From NCBI RefSeq assembly GCF_009914755.1, contig NC_060947.1: 64,000 bases of DNA; one strand, given 5' to 3'. The notes below the pieces were generated by a model. The model ran no database searches. It saw only the letters and a list, made by a program, of their open reading frames with translations, and was not told where the DNA came from. Both the position numbers and the translations under genes were made by a program. Positions 45,490 to 59,899 of this stretch are shown here, piece by piece; position 1 is the first letter of the stretch, and each line of letters starts with the position of its first letter. The stretch is from the human T2T-CHM13v2.0 reference genome, Homo sapiens.

Positions 45490-46720
45490 TCATATCTTGA
45501 GTAGGAAGACTAAAAGGTGAACCTATCAAAAATAATAACTATCACAACTTTTTAATATACAGACAGTACAATAAGATATAAATACAAACAATAAAAACTT
45601 AAAAAGCTGGGAGATGAAATTAAAGTGTGGAGTTTTAGTTTTTTCTTTGCTGGTTTGTTAATTTGTTTGTTTATGCAATCAGTGTTGTCAGCAGTTTAAA
45701 GTAATAGGTTATAAGATAGTACTGCAAGCCTCATGGTAATCTCAAATGAAAAAACATAAAACAGACACACAAAAAATAAAAAGCAAGAAGTTAAATCATA
45801 ACAACATAAAAAATCACCTTCACTAAAAGGAAGACAGGATGAAAGGAAAGAAGGGAGAGAAGACCACAAAAGAACTAGAAAACAAATAACAAAATGGCAG
45901 AGTAAGTCCTTACTTATCAACAACAACATTGAATGTAAAGGGACTAAACTCTCCAATCAAAAGACATAGAATGGTTGAATGGATTTAAAAAAAAACAAGA
46001 CCCAATAATCTGTTGCCTACAAGAAACACCCCTACCTATAAAGACACACATAGACTGAAAATAAAGAGATGGAAAAGATATTCCATGCAAATAAAAACCA
46101 AAAAAAAAAAAAAAAAAAACCAAGCAGGAGTGGCTATACTTATATCAGACAAAATAGATTTCAAGGCAAAAACTATACAAAGAGACAAAGAAGGTCACTA
46201 TATAATGACAAAGGGGCCATTGCAGCAAGAGGATATAACAATTGTAATATATATATGCACCCGACACTGGAACACCTAGATATATAAAATAAATTTTATT
46301 AGAGCTAAAGAGAGGTAGACTCCAATACAATAATAACTGGAGACTTCAACACCCCACTTTCAGCATTGGACACATCATCCAGACAAAGAATCAACAAAGA
46401 AACATTAGATTTAATCTGCACTATATAAACCAAATGGATCTAATAGATATTTACAGAACATTTCCTCCAAGATCTGCAGAATACTCATTCTTCTACTCAG
46501 CACATGGATCATTCTCAAGGATTTACCATATGTTAGGCCACCAAAACAAGTCTTAAAATTTTCAAAAAAAAATTGAAATTATATCAGGCATCTTCTCCAA
46601 CCACAATGGAATAAAACTAGAAATCAGTAACAGGAGAAATTTTGGAAACTATATGAACACATAGAAATTAAACAATGTGCTCCAGAATGGCCAGTGGGTC
46701 AATGAAAAAACTAAGAAGGA

Positions 46721-47000
46721 ATAACACAGAAACAGAAAACCAAATACCACATGTTATCACTTATAAGTGGGTGTTAAACATTGGGTACACACAGACATAA
46801 AGATGGAAACAGTAGACACTGGGGACTCCAAAAGGAGGGAGGAAGGGGAGCAAGGATTGAAAAACTACCTATTGGGTGCTATGTTTACTATTTGGGTGAC
46901 AGGTTCAATAAACGCTCAAACCTCAACATCACGCAATATATCCATGTAAACATCCTGCATATGTACTCCCTGAATCTAAAATTAAAAAAAAAAATTACAA
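46721..47000 (+). mobile_element. L1PB4-like 3' end fused directly to the EN domain
   Basis: CAAATACCACATGTTATCACTTATAAGTGGG...AAACCTCAACATCACGCAATATATCCATGTAA; A-tail. Confidence 0.85.
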
Positions 47001-47004
47001 AAAG

Positions 47005-47325
47005 AAGGAAAAGAGACTGGAGAAGGCAAAGAGATAAGTTAGGAGAGTTGGCATTAGGCAAGGCAAGAGATAATGAAAATGTAAATCAGAACAGCAACAA
47101 TGAATAGAGAAGAAGGAATCTATGCCCAGGGCTTGATGGAAGTTTAATTCACAGGATGTATGGGCTGATTAAATTGGAGGTAGCATTGAGAGAGCTATAT
47201 TATAATGCTTTTTCTATGTCCCATTGAGATGACCATAAAGATGGCAATATCATCATCAAAGAAAAATGGAATATAGAAAAAGAATCATGTGAAGGGGATA
47301 ATGATAAGTTAAATGTGTTTTGCTG
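47005..47325 (-). mobile_element. L2 fragment
   Basis: GAGACTGGAG...CAAGGCAAGAGATAATG purine-rich reverse L2. Confidence 0.55.
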
Positions 47326-47358
47326 TATTTGTGTGTGTCTTGATTTTAAGCATGCTGA

Positions 47359-47503
47359 GGCTGGGCACAGTGGCTCACGCCTCTAATACCAACACTTTGG
47401 GAGCCCAAGGTGAGAGGACCACTTGAGCCCAGGAGTTCAAGACCAGTCCAGGCAACATAAACATAGCAAGACTTCATCTCTATTTTCAAAAAATAAAAAT
47501 AAA
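47359..47503 (+). mobile_element. FLAM_C Alu monomer
   Basis: Single left arm plus A-rich tail. Confidence 0.9.
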
Positions 47504-48180
47504 GGCCTGTTGACTCTGCTACACTAGCTGACATCCACACAGAGATATCCAAAAAGCTACTGGAAAAATATATCTGGTACACTTAGGGCACAGATGATTA
47601 AGAAGAGAGATTGAGATTCAATCATTAACAGAGACAGGGTGAAATGATCCACACTTTGAGTAGCAAGGCTCTAAAGTACCTTCCAGACGTTCAATTCTGT
47701 AATTGCCCAAAAATAAGGGAAAGTCATTGACAACATAATAAAGGCTCTGGAGGTCTAGTGGAAGGGAATTTGAAAGAAAAAAGATTGAGATTGGTAGAAT
47801 GAAAGTATAAAAGAGGATCCTTTGTCATTGAGATCATTAAAGCTGGAAAAATTCTTCCTGTATATATATCAACAAAGTTTTATTTTTAAAATTTGTTGGT
47901 ATGTGAAAAGGCGAATGATGAAAATAAGAAAAGGAATGCTTTAGGATACTTAGTCCCACTACTAACAAGGTAATGGTATAAACAAATGATTTAACAATAA
48001 TGTAATAAAAAAGCCAGAACTCTGAAAGGAAATAAATATTCAAGACCTTCCTATGACACCTTACATCATTAATACTTTCCTATAGAAGTTTATTTACATG
48101 AAAATAGGCATTTGTATATGAAATAGGATACATCTAGACAGCCAATTTATTCACTTAAATAAAATCACAACCTGAAATGC

Positions 48181-48304
48181 TTTGTGTGTGTCTTGATTTT
48201 AAGCATGCTGAGGCTGGGCACAGTGGCTCACGCCTCTAATACCAACACTTTGGGAGCCCAAGGTGAGAGGACCACTTGAGCCCAGGAGTTCAAGACCAGT
48301 CCAG
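48181..48304 (+). repeat. Exact 124-bp copy of 47328-47451
   Basis: Base-by-base identity by eye, including 31 bp of non-Alu flank. Confidence 0.95.
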
Positions 48305-49044
48305 CCAATATTTGAAAACACATCAATGATTCAAAGTTAATATAGAGGACTTTAAGGAAAGAATTAAAAGCCTCAGGAAAAATCATGCTGCCAAAAGCAG
48401 AACGATAATGAGCTGAAGTTTCAAATTTTGTTCTTGCATTAGGTAATGCAGTTGGGCAGAAACATTGGTCAGAGTAAATTTATTTCAGGGCTGCTAGTAG
48501 CCAAATGTCTTTCTTTTTCAGTCTCTGCACACTGCAAAATCCCAAGTCCCTCAGGTGCCCTTCTTTAAGTCAAATAACCCTATGAGTCTACCCTCTCTTG
48601 CACACGAATCTTTATTTCTCTACTTCCTCTGCAGTCAGAAGTGGTCACATCCATCTTGGCAATCTAGTGCATCAGATCATTTTTGCTTCAACAGCTGAGA
48701 GTCTCCCAGCGCACTGGGACAGATTCAGGGAGCTAAATAATTATTCCCTACACTAAAAGATACCATTTATTGGACATTTTTAATAAGAAACAGGTGTGGA
48801 TCTCAGCTAGAAAATTTAACTGTGCATGAAAAGCCACACTTTTAAATTGTTTTTAAGTCAACCTAAATTGGACTCTGAGCCCTAGTTTCTCCCAGCTGGC
48901 AAGAATCCAAATCTTAATCATCTGTGCCCACTTCCCCTCCCTTCCCCATGGGTTGTAAAACGTCCCAACACCAAACCAGTTATTAGCCATTGGTTATCAG
49001 CCACTGTTTACAGCTGAGAAGTCCAGTAACCCATGAGTTACAAC

Positions 49045-51807
49045 TGAAACCACCTTTGCAAAAATTATAATAGTGAGAAAATTATGACAGTGAAAGAGAT
49101 CTAACCTAACAAACTCCATCTTGCCTTTAATCTCCAAATTTCCCTTGGTCATTCCTCAGCATGGGCCAAGCTAACTTTGGGAGAAATTTACTTTATAGTT
49201 TAAATGGTAGTAGCCCGTCCCAAAACTAAACTGCCTTTGTAAAACTAATAAAAGGCCACCAGGTTAGGAGGATGAGAGGAGCCCTAATTCTGCTAAGATA
49301 TAGATGTAGTTAAATGATTACCAGCCATTATTCCAGAGGTCACAAGATTTGCAACGTCCCCAATTACTAGAGCCTAAGTGTATTAGTCCATTTTCACACC
49401 GCTATAAAGAACTTCCCTGAGACTACATAATTTATAAAGGAAAGAGGTTTAATTGACTCACAGTTTCGCATGGCTGGTGTGGGGGTGGAGCTCAGGAAAC
49501 TTACAATCATGGCAGAAGGGGAAGCAGTCACCTTCTTCACAAGGCAGCAGGAGAGAGAAGAAGTGAAGGGGGGAAAGCCTCTTATAAAACCGTCAGATCT
49601 CATGAGAACTCACTCACTATCACAAGAACAGCATGGGGGAAAATGCCTCCATGATCCAATCACCTTCCTCCCTTTAAACATGGGGATTACAGGTCCCTCC
49701 CTCAACACGTGGGGATTACAATTCAAGATGAGGTTTGATTGGGGACACAGAGCCAAACCATATCATTCCACCCCGGCCCCTCCAAAAGCTCATGTCTTTT
49801 CTCATTTCAACACCAATCATGCCTTCCCAGAGTCTCCCAAGTACTTAACTCACTCCAGCATTAACCCAAAAGTCCAAGTCCAAATTCTCATCAGAAACAA
49901 GGCAAGTCCCTTCTGTCTATGAGCCTGTAAAATCAAAAAACAAGTTAGTTACTTCCAAGACACAATGGGGGTACAGGCATTGGATAAATGCTCCCATTCC
50001 AAAAGGGAGAAATTGGCCAAAAAAGGGGGCTACAGACCCCAAGTAAATCTGAAATCCAACAGGGCAGTCATTAAATCTTAAAGCTCCAAAATGATTTCCT
50101 TTGACTCCATGTCAAACATCCAGAGCACACTGATGCAAGTGGTGGGCTCCCATAGCCTTGGGCAGCTCCTTTGCGGCTAGCATTGAGTGCCTGTGGCTTT
50201 TCCAAGCACACGGTGCAAGCCGTTAGTGGATCTACCATCCTGGGGTCTGGAGGATGATGGCCCTCTTCTCACAGCTCCACTAAGCAGTGCCCCAGTTGGG
50301 GTTCTCTTGTCAGGGCTCCAACCCCACATTTCCCCTCTGCACTCCCCTAGCAGATGTTCTCCATAAGGGCTCTGCCCCTGCAGCTGACTTCTGCTTGAAC
50401 ATCCAGGCATTTTCATACATCCTTGGAAATCTAGGTGGAAGTTCCCAAAGCTCAATTCTTGTCTTCTGTGCACCCACAGGCCCAACACCACATAGAAGCC
50501 ACCAAGGCTTGATGCTTGCACCCTCTGATGCAACAGCCTGAGCTGTACTTTGGCCCCTTTTAGCCATGGCTGGAGCTGCAGCAGCTGGGACAAAGGACAC
50601 CAAGTCCCTAGGCTGCACAGAGCAGGGGGGTCCTGGGCCCAGGCCACAAAACCATTTTTTCCTCCCAGGCCTCTGTGCCTGTGATGCGAGGGGCTGTTGT
50701 GAAGGTCTCTGACATGCCCTGGAGACATTTTTCCCATTGTCTGGGCTATTAACATTCAGCTCCTTGTTACTTACGCAAATTTCTGCAGCCAGCTTGAATT
50801 CTTTCCCAGAAAATGGGTTTTTCTTTTCTACCTCATGGTCATATTCCATATTTTCCAAGCTTTTATGCTCTACTTCCTCTTGAATGCTTTGCCACTTAGA
50901 AATTTCTTCTGCCAGATACTCTAAATTATCTCTCTAAGGTTCTAAGTTCCATAGATCTCTAGAGCAGGGTAAAAATGCCACCAGTCTCTTCACTAAAGCA
51001 TAGCAAGAGTAACCTTTGCTCCAGTTCCCAAGAAGTTCCTCATCTCCATCTGAGACCACCTCAGCCTGGACTTCATTGTCCACATCTCTATCAGCATTTT
51101 GGCCACAACCATTCAATGAGTCTCTAGGAAGTTCCAAACTTTCCCACATCTTCCTGTCTTCTGAGCCCTCCAAACTGTTCCAGCCTCTGCCTGTTACCCA
51201 ATTCCAAAGTCACTTCCACATTTTCAGGTATCTTTATAGCAGTATCCAAATCCTGGTACCAATTAACTGTATTAGTCCGTTTTCACACTGCTATAAAGAA
51301 CGTCCCTGAGACTGGGGAATTTATAAAGGAAAGAAGTTTAACTGACTCACATTTCTGCATGGCTGGGGAGGCCTCAGGAAACTTACAATCATGGCAGAAG
51401 GGGAAGCAGACACAGAAACAAACCATGTCACTAAGATTGGCCTTTTGGGATGTCTTTACAGGCTTTTGCATTTCTGAAGACCAGATGACCCCACTTGTAC
51501 CAGCAACTTCTCTGTGGCCCTACCCAGAAGGGGACTCAGCGCAAAACAACTGTTTTCCACAACCCTATGATTGCATCCCCAACCAAGCAACAGCACCCAT
51601 TCCCTAGCCCCACCTGCCCACCAAACTATCTTTGAAAAACCCTAGCCTCTGAATTTTCAGGGAGGTTGATTTGAGTAAAAGTAAAACTCCAGTCTCTTGT
51701 TTAGCTAGGTCTATGTGTATCAAACTCTTTCTCTATTGCAATTCCTCTGTCTTGATAAATCAGCTCTATCTAGGCACTGAGCAAGATGAACCCACTGGGC
51801 AGTTTCA
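49045..51807 (+). mobile_element. LTR8-family solo LTR split by THE1 (49045-49378 and 51431-51807)
   Basis: TGAAACCACCTTTGCAAAAATTATAA start; ...GATGAACCCACTGGGCAGTTTCA end. Confidence 0.85.
49379..51430 (-). mobile_element. THE1 (C/D-like) MaLR provirus: LTR 49379-49765, internal 49766-51267, shortened LTR 51268-51430
   Basis: Two LTRs flanking THE1 internal sequence; 5-bp TSD CTAAG. Confidence 0.93.
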
Positions 51808-51895
51808 CAATTACTTCCTGCCTCCTGGGTTACATACATTCATCAGGAAGCAAAACAGAAGCCATATAAAAGTCTCTTTAATAACTTCTCAATGA

Positions 51896-52258
<363 letters not shown>

Positions 52259-52265
<7 letters not shown>

Positions 52266-52531
52266 CACATATATCTATATAAAATTAAGGTGTACAACAT
52301 CATTTTGTACATGAGGCAAAGATTTTAAGGTGTACATCATGTTGTACACCTTAATTTTATACAATAAAAAATAGCTATATGTGGGCCAGGCTGAGGTGGG
52401 AGGATCACTTGAGCTCAGCAGTTCGACACTAGCCTGGGCAACACCACTGCAGTGATGTTGAGCTCAAGCGGTCCTCCCTCCTCAGTCTCACAAAGTGCTG
52501 GGATTACAGTCGTGAGCCACTGTGCTCAGTC
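52259..52531. repeat. Stacked inverted repeats with Alu monomer fragments
   Basis: Perfect 23-bp inverted repeat 52278-52300 / 52339-52361; inverted Alu pieces at about 52389-52443 (+) and 52458-52531 (-). Confidence 0.85.
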
Positions 52532-52799
52532 CCACAGTCTAACCCGTAGGTTACATCTCAGACTTTTGCCTACCCTGATTCTACATTTTCACCTAGAAAA
52601 ATATCCAAGTTCCTAGGCCCTTGTTGCCATCATGAGGAATGTGGACAATCTTAGGCAAGGATTACAGGAACTGAAATAAGACTGAGTATAAAGGACAGAG
52701 TCAAGGAACCAGCCAGGCCTATACAAGGGCCCAGGAGTTCATGTTCAAGGTGTATGTAGAGCTCTTGGGGTACAGGAGTAATCCAGTGGTGGGTGCCAG

Positions 52800-53390
52800 A
52801 GGAGTGGAAAGAGCCCATTGGATTGAGCAGTTAAGGAGGTCATCGGTCACTTTGATGAAAGCCACTTCAGAGGAGTGATAGGAAGGGAAATCTGATTGAA
52901 ATGGGCTTAAGTGTTTTTAAGAAGTAAGAAATGGATGCAGCCAGTTTAGTCTGTTCTTTTGAAAATACGATAGCTAGAGGTGATTTCGGGGTTTGTCAAG
53001 ACTTGTTATAGTTTTTTCTTTTGTTTTGTTCTGTTTTTTGAGGTAATAGCAGCTTGAGTATCTTTAAAGGCTACAGAGAAGATGCCAGGTTGAACACATA
53101 AGAAAGAGAAATATCAGAGGAAGCTCTCTTTATTCTAGCAGAGATGGGAGAGAAGAGACTTAAAAGCACAGAGAAAAGGGCTGGTTTGTAAGAGAAGGGA
53201 AAAGGATGTGCCCGTATGAATACAGGAAAGGCAGTGACGGTGGGGGCCAACTTAGGTAAGTTTGAGGTCATGAGGTCAGGAAGTTGTGGGAGTTCAAACC
53301 TCAGGGCCTCATTTTTCTGTAGTATAAGACAACATTATCTGCCAAGTTATGGAGTGGGCAGTGGCTTTGAGGCATGAGGCAAAGATTTTA
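52800..53390 (-). mobile_element. L2 fragment
   Basis: GGAGGTCATCGGTCACTTTGATGAAAGCCACTTCAGAGGAGTGATAGG...CTGATTGAAATGGG. Confidence 0.65.
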
Positions 53391-53399
53391 GTCTTATTT

Positions 53400-53600
53400 A
53401 GTTTATTTGTTCTTGCACGTAAACATACAGTGACCTCATTTAAATTCACTCATTAATTCTAATAGTTTGAGAATTATTTTAGATTTGATAGATACACATT
53501 CATGGAACCTACAAGTAATGACAGTTTTATTTCTTCCTTTATAAACGTTGTGCCTCTTATTTATTTTCCTTGCCTTGTGGCATTGGTTGCAGCTAGTCTT
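53400..53600 (-). mobile_element. Ancient L1M ORF2 fragment
   Basis: AATGACAGTTTTATTTCTTCCTTT...CTTATTTATTTTCCTTGCCTT. Confidence 0.6.
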
Positions 53601-54829
53601 ACATTAATTCTTTGGCAGGGGAGTGCCACACCACATGGAGACCACAGATTTTGGCCCCATACCTTGTATGAAACAGGTTTGGGGTCTCAGTTGCTCACAG
53701 GAAACTTATTTTTCTTCATCCCACACCACATCTGGGACAAGATCACTTCTTTCCTAGCCCTATGGCAGAGTTTTCTAGTTACCCTCACTAGAAAACTTTG
53801 TTTCCTAGGTGGCAGCTTTGGTCTGGGATCCTAATTCCAGCTCCCCACCTCCCACACAGCCAAGGCCACCTCTCTTGAGGGGATGGGCCTAGCCTCCCGT
53901 GGTCCTCCTGGGGTGCCAACCTGGGGTTGCCTTCATTCCTTGCAGTGGCAAAACGGACTTAGTAACCTGGATATTTTTCTAGGTTGTGGATGTTCAATGG
54001 TAGCCCCCATATCCGATGCTTGCGCCCAGTCTTTTGGGCCACCCGAACATCAGCTTGGGTGCTATGAGTTCTTTTCTTCTTACTGGCACCTGGTGTCTTC
54101 CCTTTCTTATTTCCAGTTCAGCTCTGAAATTATACCATTTTAACCAACATTGTAGTGAAGTGGAGTGGGCACTGGGATCACATTGGCTCAGTCTGCCTTG
54201 CTGCTGGTTCCTTCATGGTGCAAACCTACAGATTTACATGGTTTTCTTCAAGAGCTCTCAACAACCCAGGTGGAAAGATGGAGAGAGCAAAGGTTGCATT
54301 TATGTTAGTCTGGGCTTTGTAGGGCGGACAAGATAGAAAGACGGGAATGGGATGGCATTGAGGATAGTGGCAGGAGGATGGTGAAGTGATATACTATGAA
54401 ATCTCCATTGGAGGGGGAAGGAATTGAGTCCAGGAAGGGGGTAAAAACCTGAGAGAGAGGGAGGGGTAAAGGAATTGTGCAAGTAAGTTAGGAGAGCAGA
54501 TGTTCTAGAAATAAAAGAGTATGGGAACAGGCAGGCCAGGAGATTGTGCTCAGAGGGCATGGATAATGGAGCATAAGCCTTAAGAAGAAGGTCATTTCCA
54601 AAGGGTGTCCAGACCGTGGAAATGGATTACCAAAGTGTAAAGCGAGCAAAGCCTGCTGGAATTTGATCCTGACTGGTGATGCTTCAGATTTCCCCCATCT
54701 TGTGTCTTATCTTCCAGACTCTTGGGTCAACTATTTCTAGTCCTTACAGTCATCTATGAAAATGTGATCTTAGCCAGAGGGTATCAAAGGCTGATCCAGG
54801 AGCCCCTGAAATCAGTGCTGCCTAGAAGC

Positions 54830-55060
54830 TAGGGACATGAACTTGGGAGTCGGACTGCCTGAAATTGCATCCCTCCCTGATGTGTTTCCCTTGGACAGGT
54901 TCTCTAACACCTCTGAACCTCAGTTCCCTCATTTCTAAAATGGGGATACTAGCACTGTCTACCAGATAGGGTCATTTTGAAGAGTAAATGAGATGATATG
55001 TGTAAAGTGGTTGTGTCTGAACCTGGCACATAGGAAACGCTAAGAAAATGTCAACTGCTA
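54830..55060 (+). mobile_element. MIR
   Basis: CCTCTGAACCTCAGTTCCCTCATTTCTAAAATGGGGATA...CCTGGCACATAG. Confidence 0.88.
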
Positions 55061-55914
55061 CACTTGGAGGTGAGGAAAGTGCTACTGCAGAAATACAACC
55101 ATTTCTTTGGTTCTTACAGAAAAAAGGATGATTCCAAATACTTCATTATTTCATTTAAATAAAAGACTATTTGTTTACTTGTGATTTTAATAAAGTTACT
55201 AAAATCTGGAGTTCACACCCTAGAATTTGCCCTTTACCTGAGTTTCATGGGGACTCGAAGCCTCCTATATGGGCCTTGTCCCCATCCCCAGGAACACAGC
55301 AAATCACTTCTGCACATTTGCACGTGCTGATAACATTCCCCCAGTTTGGAGGAAGGATGCTTTGTTTTGCCGCATTATCGAAGTGTCTTGAGGTTGATGA
55401 GATTTTCTCTTGCTGTTGTTCTTGCCTTTGAGTTATAAATTACTTTTTGGCTTCATCAACCTCAATTTAAGTTGGGAAGGGTTGTCTGGCTAACTCTGTA
55501 GTGGGCAGTGAAACATTTTGCAGCCACAGTATTGGGAGGCCATAATGTTCCAATAAATGGATATTTAAATGCATATCCATTGACTTCCATGATTCCTTAC
55601 CACCATCCTGATGTCTCTACAGATACTGAAAGGAAATTGTCATTTGAAAAGGCTGACTTGTTTGAGATGTGCTAATCTCCCCCCATAAACACTGAAGAGC
55701 ATATATGCAGTGATTTTCTAAGTCACATATTTTGCAGACTTTTAACTTGGGAATGCTGTGCTAAATAAATCGGAAAAGCCCAGGCAGGTCAAGAAAACAA
55801 GGGCATTAGGTATCTCAAAGTGACAAGGTCACTTTGATTCTTCCTGAAACACAAAGATCACAAACATCCATAGTCGCCTGGTGACTGAGCTGGGCTTAGA
55901 AGTCAAGTGCTGTG

Positions 55915-56247
55915 CAACCTCGTTGGAAATGGAGGCTATTATTCTAAGTGAAGTAACTCAGGAATGGAAAACCAAACATCATATGTTCTCACTCATATGT
56001 GGGAGCTAAGCTATGAGGATGCAAAGGCATAAGAATGACACGTTGGACTTTGGGGACTTGGGGGGAAAGGGTGAGGGGTGGCAAGGGATAAAAGACTGCA
56101 CACTGGGTACAGTGTACACTGCTCAGGCGATGGGTGCATCAAAATCTCAGAAATCACCACTAAAGAACTTAATCATGTAACCAAACAGTACCTGTTCCCA
56201 CAAAAACCTATTGAAATTAAAAAATTAAAAATTAAAAGAAAAAAATA
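55915..56247 (+). mobile_element. 5'-truncated L1PB 3' end carrying a 3' transduction
   Basis: GGAGCTAAGCTATGAGGATGCAAAGGCATAAGAATG...; TSD partner lies 480 bp beyond the L1 tail. Confidence 0.92.
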
Positions 56248-56725
56248 AGAGATGAAAGGAGACACTGCACAGTGACAAAATATTCAAATGCCTTCTGCAT
56301 TTACCCCAATCTGAAACTACTAACTGAAGTTCTTTGAAATCCATTTATGCCTGGAGCTCTCTCCCAAGGACAGCCTTCCCCATTTCAAAAACTTGAACAA
56401 AAATTCCACAATAATATCAAATATCCATTTGGTGTTCATATTTCTCTGAATACTCAAAATTATTTTCAACAATTGGCTTATTTTGATAGGAACCAAAATC
56501 CACAATTGGGCTGATTGTGTTATCTCTACACTGCCTTTAATATATTGCTTCCTTTTTCTCTGTTTTTTCTTCTTTCATTTATTAAGGACACAGAGCTGTT
56601 TGTTCTACAGAAATCCCTCATTCTATATTTTGCTGATTAAATTGCCATGGTGCTGTTTAGCATGTCCTTCTGTCCTGTATTTCCTGTATTTGATTAAATT
56701 TGGAAGCTTGAAAAAAAAAAGAAAA
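56248..56725 (+). other. L1 3'-transduced segment with its own poly(A)
   Basis: ATTAAA 56693-56698, poly(A) from 56711, TSD AAGTCAAGTGCTGTG at 55900-55914 and 56726-56740. Confidence 0.85.
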
Positions 56726-58579
56726 AAGTCAAGTGCTGTGGATCTCAGTCTAGGGCTCCTTTGCATGACCCACTTTGTGGCGTGAACTTGGAGCTCAGTT
56801 GATCTGCAATGTCTCATCAACATAAATAACTGCTTGGCGGGTAGAAACCTCAAAGGGCACACAATTTTGTATTAAAGAGTAAGACCTGGAGAATTCAAAT
56901 CCAAGTCTATTCTACTATGTAAATTAGCCAATTTCACGATGGATAATAGGAAGCACTACTTTTCAACGCCTGTCTGAAACTAGGAAGTCTTTTGCAGCAG
57001 TATATTTTGTTTGTAGCAAAACATCTTTTACTGTGCACTCCCAGAATCATGATCCCATTTTCCAAAGTGTTAGTTCTGAAAATATAACCAGCTGAAAGAA
57101 ATTCATTCCTTTACATAAATTAATTTTGCAGAAAATTTTTCGTAGACACCTCCCTTAAAGGCTAACACTAAATGAGATACAGTTATGCTTGCAACTACAA
57201 TTTATCTTAGTTAATGGGCCTTTTTGCTCTGTGAGGGGGAATTTTAATCTTCTGTCAAAGCAAAGGGACTTGGGAGTGAGCAGGTATGTCGAACTGTCCA
57301 CAAAGAAAATAACCAGAGAAACCAGTTTAAACTAATTCAAGGCAAGGGGGAAGTTGCCATCTGTAGGAAGTATTTTGGGGCTTTATCTCCAGATTAATCC
57401 TGTGTATTGTCTCCTGACATATAATCCCCTTGCCCTCCCACTTAGCAATACGTTCGCTCATTGTTGTAGTTGATATATCTCCCTACAGAAATCAGGAGTC
57501 CCACCAAACAACCAATTTTACTAGAAAGGTCTCAAATCCAGGGTGTTCAATATAGAAATAGTTCCATGCCGATTGATAAGTAGCTGCTTCTCCAAGCCCC
57601 TTTGAGTGCTCCCTACCACACTAGCCTGACCATCCTAGGCCTGGAGAGCACCAAACGAGTGTTGCCTGGGCACTTAGTGTCCATTGGCCTTCAAGCTAGC
57701 CCACTACAACACCCATGCACCAGCATCCATCTTTATGTATCCTCCTAGCCAGAGAAGGCTCAATCCCCTGCTAGGGAGATGACACTCCAGCGGGCAATGT
57801 TGGCACCCACTGAACAAATGCTCAAGTGTCCATCTGGTCTTCAAGGCTGTGGCCCACCATTGCAGGCTCGCACTTTCTAGCAGTTGCCCTTGCATGGACA
57901 CCTGTGGAAACTACATCCTCCGCATAGTACCAAAAAGATTATTCTATATTTTGAATACCACCTCTGATTGAAAGCATGCTCACTATTTTATTTTCTCCAA
58001 CATATTTCATTTTCATTGAGTGCAACGCTGTTCTATTTTCCTCAAGAAAACATGCATCCTCATTCCCTCACTCCAACATGAAAAGTCCACATGAACTTTC
58101 TGAAATGATTCATTTCACAGAAGAATCTGAAATTGCTTCCAATCTCTGCAGTTCTTCCCTATGCTTGCATTTCAGTTAAGATGACTATAGGAAGGTGCCC
58201 CCCATCTCCATCTCCAAAGAGAAAGAAGAACATGCATAAGAAGTTTGCCTCTCTGAGTTCTCTTATTTTTCTCCCTCTAACCCTCATTGTCTACAATGCT
58301 GTGAAGAAAAAGTTCATTTCATTAAATATATTAATAGAGGGAAGTGGAATGACATAAATAATACGCCATTGGATGTTTAAACAAGACCAAGCTAGTTTTA
58401 TTAAAAACAGTTTGCCACACAGATTTAAGCAATTATACGTTTATGTGATTGTTTCTCTTCTCTCTATAATTCTCTCTCTGGCTAGAAACTATTGTCTGTC
58501 ATAGACTATGGCAAAATATCATCTTTCCCCACCTTGTTTTTCCCTTAAGCTATCTAATTCTTAGTGTTTGACTTCATAA

Positions 58580-59070
<491 letters not shown>

Positions 59071-59236
59071 TTTTTTAAATTCTTTACTTCTTTTCTGTTA
59101 ATTAAGGCTTTCTTTCTTTATTCCTATTGGTTTGGAAGCTATAGATACTATTCCTTTCGTGATTTTTCCTTGAAATTTTAATATTTTAACATTCATATCT
59201 TGCTTAACAAAGTTAAATTAAAATATTTCTATTCTA

Positions 59237-59536
<300 letters not shown>

Positions 59537-59570
59537 TCTTTATTCTAAAGCAATGTAATCCATAGAAGAA

Positions 59571-59874
59571 TTTTTTTTTTTTTTTGGACATAGGGTGTCA
59601 CTCTGTCACCAAGGCTGGAGTGCATTAGTGCAATCATGGCTCACTACAGCTTCCACCTCCTAAGCTCAAGTGATCGTCCCACCTCAGCTTCCCAAGGAGC
59701 TGGGACTACAGGTGCAAGCCACCATGCCCTGCTATTTTTTTAATTTTTTGTAGAGATGGGGGTGGATCTCACTATGTTGCCCAGGCTGGTCTCAAACTCC
59801 TGGGCTCAAGCACTCCTCCTGCCTCAGCCTCCCAAAGTGCTGGGGTTACAGACGTGGGCCACTGTGCCCGGGCC
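59571..59874 (-). mobile_element. AluJ
   Basis: CTATGTTGCCCAGGCTGGTCTCAAACTCCTGGGCTCAAG. Confidence 0.93.
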
Positions 59875-59899
59875 ACAGAAGGGTTCTTTTCTGATCATC

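Noticed and set aside
50177-50858. 192-aa and 182-aa ORFs
   Set aside because: Lie inside THE1 internal sequence; remnants of the MaLR ORF or alternative frames
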